Assembly (NCBI GenBank): GCA_045631345.1 | Contig: JAZQUP010000004.1 | Coordinates: 15,727 to 79,726, forward strand | Direction: 5' to 3' | Source: Candidatus Avispirillum sp. | GTDB lineage: Bacteria; Bacillota; Clostridia; Oscillospirales; CAG-272 | DNA: 64,000 bases | Shown: positions 9,504 to 21,670 of the stretch, piece after piece | Position numbering within the stretch: position 1 is the stretch's first letter | Layout: every line of letters begins with the position of its first letter | Translations under genes and position numbers: made by a program | Notes under the pieces: model-generated | What the model was told of the DNA's origin: nothing | Database searches by the model: none | What the model saw: the letters and a program-made list of their open reading frames with translations, nothing else

Positions 9504-11291
9504 ATGCGCCAAAATATTTTAAAACTGAATATGGGGCGGGTAATTGCCGTCCTCCTTGCATTTGTTTTTCTTGTTTCAGTAGTGCCGAGGAGTAGTGCAG
9601 CAGAAACAAGTGGTGAGTGCGGAGAAGGCGTTTCATGGACCTTCACCAACGGTATTCTCACCATCAGCGGCGATGGCACAATGAAAAATTATTCAGAGAA
9701 TTCTACTGCTCCTTGGTCTGAATATAAAGAAATTATCACTGTTGTAAATATTGAAGATGGTGTTGCTAATATTGGTAGCTTTGCTTTTCTTAATTATGAA
9801 AAGCTTATGTGCGTTAATATTGCAGGCTCTGTTAAAACAATTGGCCAATATGCCTTTTATGGTTGCACTCAATTGAAAATGATCAATATTTCTTCAGGTG
9901 TTGAAGTAATCGGTGCCAGAGCTTTTAAGCTTTGTGAAAGCTTGACCAATATACGCCTGCCAGAAACCATCACAACCATTCGCCAAGAAGCGTTTTATAG
10001 ATGCGAAAGCCTTTTAGGAATTACAATTCCTGCTTCTGTAACAACTCTTGAGGCTTCTGCTTTTGCTTATTGTTCCTCTCTTAAAAACGCTATAATTCTT
10101 GCAAATGTTGCAGAACTTCCTTCTTGGGTATTTTATGGCTGTTATGCGCTGGCTGAGGTGTCAATTTCAGCTTCTGTAAGCAATATTGGCGTTCAGGCAT
10201 TTCAGGATTGCTATGATCTTACGGTAGTAAACTATGCCGGAGAGGGCGATGTTGCAGATAGTGTCAGAGAAGATCTTCCTTACACTGTAACAAACTTCAA
10301 TTCAAATGCTAATATTTCTGCAGATAGTGAATTTTCTTCAGTTAAATCTGAAACTGACGAAAATGGTAATACAGTAACTACAAACAAAACCTACAAGGAA
10401 ACAGAAAACAGCTCTGTTTCAACTGATGTTATTCACACAATGGGCAGCGGCGAATATAAGGCTGAGCTTAAGCTGGATGCAACGGTTGAAAATGAAGATG
10501 GCTGGAACGATGTTAAGGAGCAATTGGCAAGTGCTATGGCTAGCCGTGAATACGGGACCAAAAAGGAAACGATGGATATAAATATTCATCTTAAGGGCAA
10601 TGCCGTTATTTCCAGCAAAAGCCTTAATATGTTCACAAATAAAAATGCTTTTGTTTCTATTTACACAAGTCAGGGAGCGAAATGGAGATTTAACGGAACT
10701 GATCTTCGTGAAAAGGATCTCATAGGTAATTATGATCTTTCATATACTTTTGAGCTCTTGACCGATCCGGATAAAAATCAGGAAGCGGTTGTTGGCACAA
10801 AAGGATATTTGCTCAGATTTAATTCCGATCTTAATTTCAAGGTAGAGATTCATCTGCCTGTTGGGATTGAAAATGCTAGGTTAATATCCTCATTTTATTC
10901 ACCTGAATTTAAAAAAGGTTACACACTTTTGCAAACATCCGTTATTGATAACGAGGGTATAGCACATTTCTATCTTGCAAGTGTAAAAGCTAAATCTGAT
11001 TATCTTGTTGGTATTGGATACCATGCCGATCTTGATTTGGATGGTCTTGACGAAGCAATCGTTCCTTCTGAATTGGAAGGTGACTATCCTAAAGCAGACT
11101 ACAGAGAGCCTATACAGTATGTAGTATCTGATGTTAAATCCTCTTGGGGTCTTGATATCAATCAGGTAACATGGATTCTTGTAGGAGTTATGGGTGGATG
11201 TATCCTTGTTGTAGGCGTTGTGGTTTATATTATATTCAAGATGAAGAGAAGAAACTATTACGACCCCTATCTTGACGGAAAGAAAAAATAA
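9504..11291 (+). CDS. BspA-type leucine-rich repeat surface protein with C-terminal membrane anchor
   Basis: SD AGGAGG before ATG 9504; signal peptide; 'SGECGEGVSWT..GILTISG' cap and IGxxAFxxCxxL repeats; C-terminal TM plus basic tail. Confidence 0.85.
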   Translation: MRQNILKLNMGRVIAVLLAFVFLVSVVPRSSAAETSGECGEGVSWTFTNGILTISGDGTMKNYSENSTAPWSEYKEIITVVNIEDGVANIGSFAFLNYEKLMCVNIAGSVKTIGQYAFYGCTQLKMINISSGVEVIGARAFKLCESLTNIRLPETITTIRQEAFYRCESLLGITIPASVTTLEASAFAYCSSLKNAIILANVAELPSWVFYGCYALAEVSISASVSNIGVQAFQDCYDLTVVNYAGEGDVADSVREDLPYTVTNFNSNANISADSEFSSVKSETDENGNTVTTNKTYKETENSSVSTDVIHTMGSGEYKAELKLDATVENEDGWNDVKEQLASAMASREYGTKKETMDINIHLKGNAVISSKSLNMFTNKNAFVSIYTSQGAKWRFNGTDLREKDLIGNYDLSYTFELLTDPDKNQEAVVGTKGYLLRFNSDLNFKVEIHLPVGIENARLISSFYSPEFKKGYTLLQTSVIDNEGIAHFYLASVKAKSDYLVGIGYHADLDLDGLDEAIVPSELEGDYPKADYREPIQYVVSDVKSSWGLDINQVTWILVGVMGGCILVVGVVVYIIFKMKRRNYYDPYLDGKKK

Positions 11292-11298
11292 TGATCTG

Positions 11299-11331
11299 AA
11301 TCCGCAGAGACTTGTTTCTCTGCGGATTTTG
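11299..11331 (+). terminator. Rho-independent terminator
   Basis: AATCCGCAGAGA-loop-TCTCTGCGGATTTT. Confidence 0.75.
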
Positions 11332-11378
11332 TGTTAGAATAAGTAAAAGCATTGAAAATTTTAAAAGGGAGACTATAT

Positions 11379-12473
11379 ATGATGAATCCTACAGAAAACA
11401 GAATATATTCAAATGCTCCCGATCCGGTACAGCTTTTAAACAGAGATGCAATTCAGATCAATTCAGCTGAAATAGATCAGTATGTAATGGATAAGGTGGT
11501 TCTTATCACAGGTGGTGGAGGATCTATCGGGAGTGAGCTTTGCCGTCAGATTGCAGCGAGAAAGCCTAAGAAACTTATCATATTTGAGATCAGCGAATAC
11601 AATGCTTATATTATAGATTATGAGTTAAGAGAAAAATTTCCTCAGCTTCAGTTGGAGGTTCTTATTGGCTCAGTGAGAGACAAAAACAGGGTGAATAGTA
11701 TATTTGAAAAATATAAGCCTCAGGTTGTTTATCATGCCGCAGCGCATAAGCATGTGCCTCTGATGGAGAACTCTCCTTGTGAATCTATAAAAAATAATGT
11801 TTTTGGAACGTTGAATGTGGCTGAAGCTGCCCATAATAATGATGTTGATAGATTTATTCTTATCAGCACAGATAAGGCTGTCAATCCCACAAGTATAATG
11901 GGAGCCTCAAAACGTATTTGTGAAATGATTGTTTGCAATTTGTCATATCGCTCAAAAACAAAATTTGCTTGTGTACGCTTTGGAAACGTTATGTGTAGCA
12001 GTGGAAGCGTTGTTCCGTTGTTTGAAAAGCAGATTTTAGCAGGAGGACCTGTCACTGTAACAGATAGAAATGTTATAAGATATTTCATGACCATTCCTGA
12101 GGCTGTTTCTCTTGTTTTGCAGGCAGGGGTATATGCAGACAAGGGTGAGATCTTCGTGCTTGATATGGGCGAAGCAGTACGTATAGACGACCTGGCAAGA
12201 AGTCTTATCAGACTTTATGGTTTTGAGCCTGATAAGGATATTAAAATTGTTTATACAGGTCTCCGTCCCGGAGAAAAGCTTTTTGAGGAGCTGCTTCTTA
12301 CAGAGGAGGGTCTTGAGCAAACTCCAAATGAACTGATTTATTGTGGTAAACCTGAAAAAATAGATAGTGTTGCTTTTGTTAATCAGCTGAGCAGGCTCAG
12401 AGAGGCATGTGAAAGCAATAGTGATAACATTAGGGAGTTTGTTAAAGATATCGTTATCGCATATTCCACATGA
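11379..12473 (+). CDS. CapD/PglF-like UDP-sugar 4,6-dehydratase (catalytic domain only)
   Basis: TGGGGSIGSEL, HAAAHKHVP, ISTDKAVNPTSIMGASKR, RFGNV and GLRPGEKL motifs; no N-terminal TM region. Confidence 0.88.
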   Translation: MMNPTENRIYSNAPDPVQLLNRDAIQINSAEIDQYVMDKVVLITGGGGSIGSELCRQIAARKPKKLIIFEISEYNAYIIDYELREKFPQLQLEVLIGSVRDKNRVNSIFEKYKPQVVYHAAAHKHVPLMENSPCESIKNNVFGTLNVAEAAHNNDVDRFILISTDKAVNPTSIMGASKRICEMIVCNLSYRSKTKFACVRFGNVMCSSGSVVPLFEKQILAGGPVTVTDRNVIRYFMTIPEAVSLVLQAGVYADKGEIFVLDMGEAVRIDDLARSLIRLYGFEPDKDIKIVYTGLRPGEKLFEELLLTEEGLEQTPNELIYCGKPEKIDSVAFVNQLSRLREACESNSDNIREFVKDIVIAYST

Positions 12474-12477
12474 AAAT

Positions 12478-12506
12478 TTGACAAATTTTAATAAAGGTGA
12501 TATAAT
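12478..12506 (+). promoter_or_regulatory. sigma-A promoter of atp operon
   Basis: TTGACA-17 nt-TATAAT with extended -10 TG. Confidence 0.85.
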
Positions 12507-12588
12507 ACTGTTTGTATGTAATCTAAGAAAGGAGCTGGCTGTCTGATAAGGGGAGTTGGTTCCTTTTGCGCTTTTTTGGAGAACATTG

Positions 12589-12969
12589 ATGAGAAAAATA
12601 GATGAAACTGTTTTAAAGGAAACTAAATATATAGCATTCTGGGTGCTTGTTTTCAGCGTATTGATGCAAGCTGTATTTTTGATTATTGGAGAATGGAACT
12701 ATACAGTTCTTTTGGGTAATTTGCTTAGCGCATTTTTTACTGTTATAAATTTCTTATTGATGGGTATAACTGTTCAAAAGGCTGTGATGAAGGAAGAGAA
12801 GGATGCAAAAACTTTGATGAAGGTTTCTCAGCTTTATCGAAGCCTTATGATTCTTGTGGTAACTGTAATCGGAGTTGCTTTGCCTTATTTCCACACAGTT
12901 GCAGTTATAGTTCCGGTATTTTTTGTAAGAGTAGCGGTGGCTATCCGTCCGCTTTTTGATAAAAAGTGA
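12589..12969 (+). CDS. atpI: ATP synthase protein I
   Basis: Four-TM small protein first in the atp operon. Confidence 0.75.
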   Translation: MRKIDETVLKETKYIAFWVLVFSVLMQAVFLIIGEWNYTVLLGNLLSAFFTVINFLLMGITVQKAVMKEEKDAKTLMKVSQLYRSLMILVVTVIGVALPYFHTVAVIVPVFFVRVAVAIRPLFDKK

Positions 12970-13003
12970 TTAATCTCCCGTAAGTATGTGAGGTGATATT
13001 AGA

Positions 13004-14196
<1,193 letters not shown>

Positions 14197-14214
14197 TAAT
14201 TTAGGAGAAATACT

Positions 14215-14721
14215 ATGCAAACATTAGACGTCATTTCTGTCAACATATGGCAGATTTTGATTGCTCTCATAAACCTTGTTTTGATGTTTCTCATTATAAA
14301 ACGCTTTTTGTTCAAGCCTGTAAAACAGATACTTGCAAAGCGCCAAAGCGAAATTGATGGTCAGTATGAAGCTGCCCGTATTGCTGAGATCGAAGCGAAT
14401 GAAAGCAAAGCTCGTTGGAATGAAAGACTGTCAGGCGCAGATGCAGAAGCGGATGCTATAATTCAGAAAGCAACAGATAACGCTAAGTATCGCGGAGAAA
14501 AGCTGGTTGCAGAAGCAGAGGAAAAGGCCGAAAGCATTATTCGCATAGCGAAGACAGAGGCTGAGCTTGAGCGTAAAAAAGCAGTTGAAGGTATTAAGCG
14601 AGAAATCGTTGAGGTTTCAGGAGCGCTTACAGAAAAGATGCTTGAGCGTGAAATAAATAACGAGGACCACAGAGCATTGATTGATTCATTTATTGAGAAA
14701 ATAGGTGAAGCAGATGAATGA
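14215..14721 (+). CDS. atpF: Fo subunit b
   Basis: N-terminal TM, KP..L.KR motif, coiled coil; operon position. Confidence 0.93.
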   Translation: MQTLDVISVNIWQILIALINLVLMFLIIKRFLFKPVKQILAKRQSEIDGQYEAARIAEIEANESKARWNERLSGADAEADAIIQKATDNAKYRGEKLVAEAEEKAESIIRIAKTEAELERKKAVEGIKREIVEVSGALTEKMLEREINNEDHRALIDSFIEKIGEADE

Positions 14722-15244
14722 TATTGGTAAGGAATACGGAGCGGCGCTTTTTATGCTTGCTTCGGAGGAGAATGCTAAGGATGAATATGCGGATGCTCTT
14801 GAGAGTCTCAAAAAGAGCTTTGAAGACTCTCCTGATTATGTCAGCTTTCTAGCATCTCCGGGAATATCATTGGGTGAAAGATTGGCAGCAATAGAAGCTG
14901 CTTTTGCGGAATACATTCCCACAAATGTTCTTTCCTTTGTTCAGCTTATGTGTGAAAAGGGAAGAATAGAAAACTTTTTTGAAGCGGCAGAGGAATTTAA
15001 AGCCTTGCTTGATGCTTCAAAGCATATATCAAACGCAAAGATAACAAGCGCTGTTGAGCTTACAGATGATGAAAAATCTAAGCTTTATGAAAAACTTAAA
15101 GCCATGAGTGGCGGAGAGATTCAGGCTGAATATTTTGTTGATAGTTCATTGATGGGAGGACTCATCGTTGAGCTGGATGATAAAATTATGGATGGAAGCT
15201 TGAGAAATCGTTTGCGTGAGGTAAAGGATGTGATAAATTCATGA
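14714..15244 (+). CDS. atpH: F1 subunit delta
   Basis: YGAALF; SAVEL; D.SLMGG...DGSL; ATG 14714 overlaps the end of atpF. Confidence 0.93.
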   Translation: MNDIGKEYGAALFMLASEENAKDEYADALESLKKSFEDSPDYVSFLASPGISLGERLAAIEAAFAEYIPTNVLSFVQLMCEKGRIENFFEAAEEFKALLDASKHISNAKITSAVELTDDEKSKLYEKLKAMSGGEIQAEYFVDSSLMGGLIVELDDKIMDGSLRNRLREVKDVINS

Positions 15245-16734
15245 ATACAAGACCTGAAGAAATCAGTAATGTTATAAAAGAGCAGATTAAGAATTACAGA
15301 TCCAAGATCGAAATGAAGGAGACGGGAACTGTTATTCTTGTTGGTGACGGAATTGCTCGTGTATATGGTCTTCGTGAGTGTATGGCAAGCGAGCTTCTTG
15401 AATTTGAAGATGGAAGCTTTGGCATGGCTCAGAACCTTGAAACAGAAACTGTTTCTGTAGCGCTTCTTTCAGATAACAATAATATAAGAGAAGGCTCTTC
15501 TGTAAAACGAACAGGTAAAGTTTTGTCTGTTCCTGTAGGTGAGGCTCTTCTTGGCAGAGTTGTAAATGCTCTTGGCGAGGCGATAGACGGTAAAGGTCCT
15601 GTTGTAACAAACGAAACAAGACCTATTGAATCTGAAGCTCCCGGTATTATTGAGAGAAAGAGCGTTTCAGTTCCCCTGCAAACAGGAATCAAGGCTGTGG
15701 ATAGTATGATTCCGATTGGCAGAGGTCAGAGAGAGCTTATCATTGGCGACAGACAGACAGGTAAAACAGAAATTGCAATTGATACAATTATCAATCAGAA
15801 AAATTCTGACGTTATCTGTATTTATGTAGCGATCGGACAGAAAAACAGCTCCGTTGTTCAGCTGGCAAATGAGCTTACAAAAGCAGGCGCAATGGAATAT
15901 ACAATTATCGTTTCTGCATCTGCATCAGAGTCTGCGCCTCTTCAGTATGTTGCGCCTTATTCAGGATGCGCAATGGCTGAATATTTTCGTGAGCAAGGAA
16001 AGGACGTGCTCATCATTTATGATGACCTTTCAAAGCACGCCGTTGCATATAGAGCGCTTTCATTGCTTATTCGTCGTCCTCCAGGACGTGAGGCATATCC
16101 CGGAGATGTATTTTATCTCCATTCCCGTCTTCTTGAAAGAGCAGCTTGTGTTGCGCCCGAATACGGCGGTGGGTCAATAACAGCACTTCCTATTATCGAA
16201 ACACAAGCGGGTGACGTTTCAGCATATATTCCCACTAATGTTATTTCTATTACAGACGGACAGATATTCCTTGAAACAGAGCTTTTCCACGCAGGCGTAA
16301 TGCCGGCTATTAACCCCGGTATTTCTGTAAGCCGAGTAGGTGGTTCAGCTCAGCTTAAAGCTATGAAAAAGGTTTCAGGCGAGCTCAAATTGCTTTATTC
16401 GCAGTATAGAGAGCTTCAGTCCTTTGCTCAGTTCGGAAGCGATCTTGACGCTGATACAAAGGCGAGACTTGCTCTTGGTGAGAGAATAGTTGAGGTGCTC
16501 AAGCAGGGAAGAAATGCACCTGTAAGAGTTGGTTGCCAGGTTGCAATAGTATATGCGGTTATCAATGGCTATCTCAACGAAACTCCCGTTAAGAAGGTTA
16601 AGGAATACGAAAGAGACTTATATGAGCTTCTTGAAAATAAGTATCTCAGTTTTCTTGAAAGAGTTGAAGGCGGTTCTTGGGATGAAAACGATATAGAAGA
16701 GCTTAAAACAGCACTTTCTGAAATGAAGAGGTGA
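15241..16734 (+). CDS. atpA: F1 subunit alpha
   Basis: [31 protein letters not shown]. Confidence 0.98.
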   Translation: MNTRPEEISNVIKEQIKNYRSKIEMKETGTVILVGDGIARVYGLRECMASELLEFEDGSFGMAQNLETETVSVALLSDNNNIREGSSVKRTGKVLSVPVGEALLGRVVNALGEAIDGKGPVVTNETRPIESEAPGIIERKSVSVPLQTGIKAVDSMIPIGRGQRELIIGDRQTGKTEIAIDTIINQKNSDVICIYVAIGQKNSSVVQLANELTKAGAMEYTIIVSASASESAPLQYVAPYSGCAMAEYFREQGKDVLIIYDDLSKHAVAYRALSLLIRRPPGREAYPGDVFYLHSRLLERAACVAPEYGGGSITALPIIETQAGDVSAYIPTNVISITDGQIFLETELFHAGVMPAINPGISVSRVGGSAQLKAMKKVSGELKLLYSQYRELQSFAQFGSDLDADTKARLALGERIVEVLKQGRNAPVRVGCQVAIVYAVINGYLNETPVKKVKEYERDLYELLENKYLSFLERVEGGSWDENDIEELKTALSEMKR

Positions 16735-16738
16735 GTTT

Positions 16739-17542
16739 ATGGGCGCTGATATTAAACAGCTGCGAACACGAATAAAAAGTGTTGATTCCACCCTTCATTT
16801 AACAAAGGCAATGGGGCTTGTTGCTTCATCTAAAATACGCAGAGCAACAGATGCGATGAATAAAGGAAAAGAATATTCTGATGCGCTTGGCGAAACGGTT
16901 GAAATGCTTTCAACCTATGAGGAATGCAGAAAAAGTCCTTATATGGCAAATCGTGATGGTGAGTGCATATGTCTAGTAGTAGTTGCAGGCGATAGAGGCC
17001 TTGCAGGAGGATACAATGCGAATATATTCCGCCTTATGCGTGAATATCCTGATGCAAAGGTAATCCCTGTGGGAAAGAGAGCTTGCGAGCGTTATGACGG
17101 CGAGCTTTTGTATGCTGAGGATTTTAATTATGAAAATGCCAAAGCAATAGCAGAGGAAGTGTGCCGTGATTTTGTGGAAGCAAAGATAGACCGCTTTGGT
17201 GTTGTTTGCACAAAATATCATTCGCTTATGTCACAGGAAGCCTATGTTAAATGGCTACTTCCTATTGAGAAGGCTGAAAATAAAGAATCTTCAGGCGCTA
17301 TATTTGAGCCTGATGAAATAACTGTGCTTAGCGCTGTAATTCCTGAATATGTTGCAGGAATGATAATTGCCTGCGTGAAAGAAAGCTTCGCTTCTGAGGT
17401 TGCAGCACGTCGTGTTGCTATGGATAGCGCAGGAAAGAATGCGCAGGAGATGATAGATAGCCTTTCTCTTGAATATAACAGAGCAAGACAGGGTGCAATA
17501 ACACAGGAAATCACCGAAATTGTAGCCGGAAGCGGCATATAA
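16739..17542 (+). CDS. atpG: F1 subunit gamma
   Basis: DRGLAGGYN; YNRARQGAITQEITEIVAG. Confidence 0.96.
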   Translation: MGADIKQLRTRIKSVDSTLHLTKAMGLVASSKIRRATDAMNKGKEYSDALGETVEMLSTYEECRKSPYMANRDGECICLVVVAGDRGLAGGYNANIFRLMREYPDAKVIPVGKRACERYDGELLYAEDFNYENAKAIAEEVCRDFVEAKIDRFGVVCTKYHSLMSQEAYVKWLLPIEKAENKESSGAIFEPDEITVLSAVIPEYVAGMIIACVKESFASEVAARRVAMDSAGKNAQEMIDSLSLEYNRARQGAITQEITEIVAGSGI

Positions 17543-17565
17543 CTTGGTGAAAGGAGAAAAAATAA

Positions 17566-19226
<1,661 letters not shown>

Positions 19227-19228
19227 TA

Positions 19229-19261
19229 AAAAGCAGACACTTTAAAAGTGTCTGCTTTTTT
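19229..19261. terminator. bidirectional terminator between atp and pilus operons
   Basis: AAAAGCAGACACTT-TAA-AAGTGTCTGCTTTTT between convergent genes. Confidence 0.85.
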
Positions 19262-19832
19262 ATAGCTTACAGTATATGATAGTATATTTGCTGGGGTAGG
19301 AATCTTTAATAAATAAAACAAAATCAAAGTCTTCAGTAGAAGTGAATTCGGCAGGCAGATCGTTTTCAACTGAAATATTGCTTACTGAATAGGTGAATTT
19401 TGCACCTGTCATATCTATGAAGCAAATCTCTTCTCCTATATTAATAAGTTTAGAGAAGTTTAGATGTTTGTCCGTTCCACCTATAACGAAATTTTCTGAA
19501 TAAATGCTTCCGCTATAACGGCAAGGCTGATGCTTGAAGTTATCTTTATTCCATGTATGAGACACAGGACAAACTGTATTGTATTGAGGTATCTCAATAA
19601 TTCCTACGTAATCGGTGCCGTTGATCTCAACGGTTGCCATAGATGTGTCAATTCTGTCGTCTATAAATCCCATATAAGTTTCGGGGATAAGAGAATAAAG
19701 GGTTTCAGTAGTTTGCGGCATCTTTTTAGTAGAATCAGTTTGGTTGATATAAAGCAATGCAACCAAAGCAAGAGAAAAAACGATCAGCGCAATTCCGCAA
19801 TATAGGATTATGTTAGATAAGATCCTTTTCAT
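19260..19832 (-). CDS. sortase-fold protein lacking catalytic residues (pseudo-sortase)
   Basis: N-terminal TM; 'GIIEIP...PV...P.RYSGS....FVIGG...GEEICF.D..G..FTYSV' sortase pattern, but no His, TC or Arg at the expected positions. Confidence 0.7.
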   Translation of the reverse strand: MKRILSNIILYCGIALIVFSLALVALLYINQTDSTKKMPQTTETLYSLIPETYMGFIDDRIDTSMATVEINGTDYVGIIEIPQYNTVCPVSHTWNKDNFKHQPCRYSGSIYSENFVIGGTDKHLNFSKLINIGEEICFIDMTGAKFTYSVSNISVENDLPAEFTSTEDFDFVLFIKDSYPSKYTIIYCKL

Positions 19833-20758
19833 TGCTCGCTCCTTTTAAGAAGAAGAGCTATTATCATAAGCAAAATTCCCGAAACGCTCATAGCAATAAT
19901 ATAAGGCTCGGTGGTGCTTATATCTCCTGTCTGAGGCGGGTTTTCAGGCGCATCAAAGCAGGTATTTGTAACGATTATAGAAGTATTATTATATTCAACA
20001 GAAACAACATAATCGCTTGAAATATTGCGTTCTACAGCCTGCCATTTGCTGCCGTCATCTTCGCATTTCCATGTATAGCACCAGTTGTTGCTTGCGTCAA
20101 GAATTACAGAGGTGTGAACAGCTCCATCCTTTAAAAGATCAATTTCCACGCTGTCAGGTCTGTCTGCAGAGTTGCCTTCGTCCTTCCATTGCTTGACTAT
20201 TTTATAGGCAAACTCTTTTTTTGTTGGGGTATAAGCGGAATGTTTCGGGCGAGCAAAAACATCATATAGATGTTCGTTTTTCTCGCTCGGAGAGGGAACA
20301 GCTGTGAGAAAGTTTTCAAATGTGATAACAGTTTCTCCTGAAACAACCTTTCTCTCCAATATGAGATACATTCCTGCTTCTATATTTTCAAATTTTGCGC
20401 ATCCGTTTGTATCTGTGATTGCTTTATATGTGGGTTCAATTGAATCTGCAGCAATATAAGAGGCAAGCGTTGAGGCAACCTTTTTCCATTCAGACTGAGC
20501 TGTAATCCCATAGATGTTTACAAAGTAGTTGCTAAACTCCTTTGTAAGCTCATATGTGCCGTCTTCAAAAACATCTGCAATTTTATATGTGTATATTTCC
20601 AATCCATCAAAAAGCGTTTCCGAATAGCCATATTCAACAGTTAAAGAACAAGGCTTGTCTGTGTCAATAGGATTGATAGCATATGATGAAATCGATGATG
20701 TAATCGTAGAGAGTAAAACTAAGCAAACAGAAATGACAGATATTATTTTTTTCATCAA
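19829..20758 (-). CDS. minor/basal pilin with Cna-B domain
   Basis: Signal peptide; 'KQWKD...RPDSVEIDLLKDG...NNW' CnaB; sorting signal PPQTGD + TM + basic tail. Confidence 0.85.
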   Translation of the reverse strand: MMKKIISVISVCLVLLSTITSSISSYAINPIDTDKPCSLTVEYGYSETLFDGLEIYTYKIADVFEDGTYELTKEFSNYFVNIYGITAQSEWKKVASTLASYIAADSIEPTYKAITDTNGCAKFENIEAGMYLILERKVVSGETVITFENFLTAVPSPSEKNEHLYDVFARPKHSAYTPTKKEFAYKIVKQWKDEGNSADRPDSVEIDLLKDGAVHTSVILDASNNWCYTWKCEDDGSKWQAVERNISSDYVVSVEYNNTSIIVTNTCFDAPENPPQTGDISTTEPYIIAMSVSGILLMIIALLLKRSEQ

Positions 20759-21591
20759 AAATCATCTCCTAAATCGTCTTTTTTGATTGGTTTGAAAAGC
20801 ACTATCATCATCAGAGTGAACAGCATAGGTAGCGCTACAATGGGTGTAACGATAAGAGAGTCTATCAGGTGCGCATCTGATGTTATGTAAATAGTTTTTT
20901 GCTGAACGTAATCAGTTTTAACGCCTCTTACAAGAAGGCGGTGAGTATTAATTCCGTAAGGAGTGCAGGTGAGAAGAGTGCAGTATTCTTCTCCCGGAAC
21001 GATTGTCAGATCCTCTGTGTTGGTTGGGTCAACTGTTTTTATCTGATCTACCTGATAGGTGAAAGTTCTGTCAAGAATTGTGAACTGAAAATAATCACCG
21101 ATCTCAAGGTGGTCGAGATTAGTAAACAGAGTAGCTGTGGGAAGTCCTCTGTGAGCAGAAACAACAGTATGTGTTCCGGGGTCTCCCACGGGGAAGCTTG
21201 TTCCTTCAAGGTGGCCAACAGCGTGGCTTAAAACGTCGTTGCTTGTTCCGTGATAAATAGGGAGCTCAATTCCGATTTTTTCTATAGTAATGTATCCCAT
21301 CATACCGGTGCCGCTAATGTCCAGAATATCCTTATATCCACTAATGCTGTTATATTCAAGCAAGGGGAAAGCAAGGGTAGCAAGCTGAGCGTTATAATCA
21401 TAAGCGGCGTCAAAAACAGCGGTATAGTCTTTTTTGGGAAGACTTTGCAGCATTTCTTCGTAGTCAACAATGGCTTCCGTTTGAGTTTTAGAGTTCCAAT
21501 AGCTGCTTATTGCAGGATATAACATTACGGAGAGACCCACGAAGAAAAAAAGCAATAATATGAATGTGGACCATTTGTTTTTCTTTTTCAT
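20755..21591 (-). CDS. srtC: class C (pilus) sortase
   Basis: SAHRG, LLTCTPYGINTHRLLVRG; N- and C-terminal TM; SD GGAGAGG before ATG 21591. Confidence 0.93.
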   Translation of the reverse strand: MKKKNKWSTFILLLFFFVGLSVMLYPAISSYWNSKTQTEAIVDYEEMLQSLPKKDYTAVFDAAYDYNAQLATLAFPLLEYNSISGYKDILDISGTGMMGYITIEKIGIELPIYHGTSNDVLSHAVGHLEGTSFPVGDPGTHTVVSAHRGLPTATLFTNLDHLEIGDYFQFTILDRTFTYQVDQIKTVDPTNTEDLTIVPGEEYCTLLTCTPYGINTHRLLVRGVKTDYVQQKTIYITSDAHLIDSLIVTPIVALPMLFTLMMIVLFKPIKKDDLGDDF

Positions 21592-21619
21592 ATTCCTCTC
21601 CCTGATGTTATAGTTTTGT

Positions 21620-21647
21620 ATGGGGTGCGGAATTATCCGCACCCCAT
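21620..21647 (-). other. stem-loop after major pilin gene
   Basis: ATGGGGTGCGGA-ATTA-TCCGCACCCCAT. Confidence 0.7.
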
Positions 21648-21670
21648 ATTAAATTCAGAAAATGTTTTGC

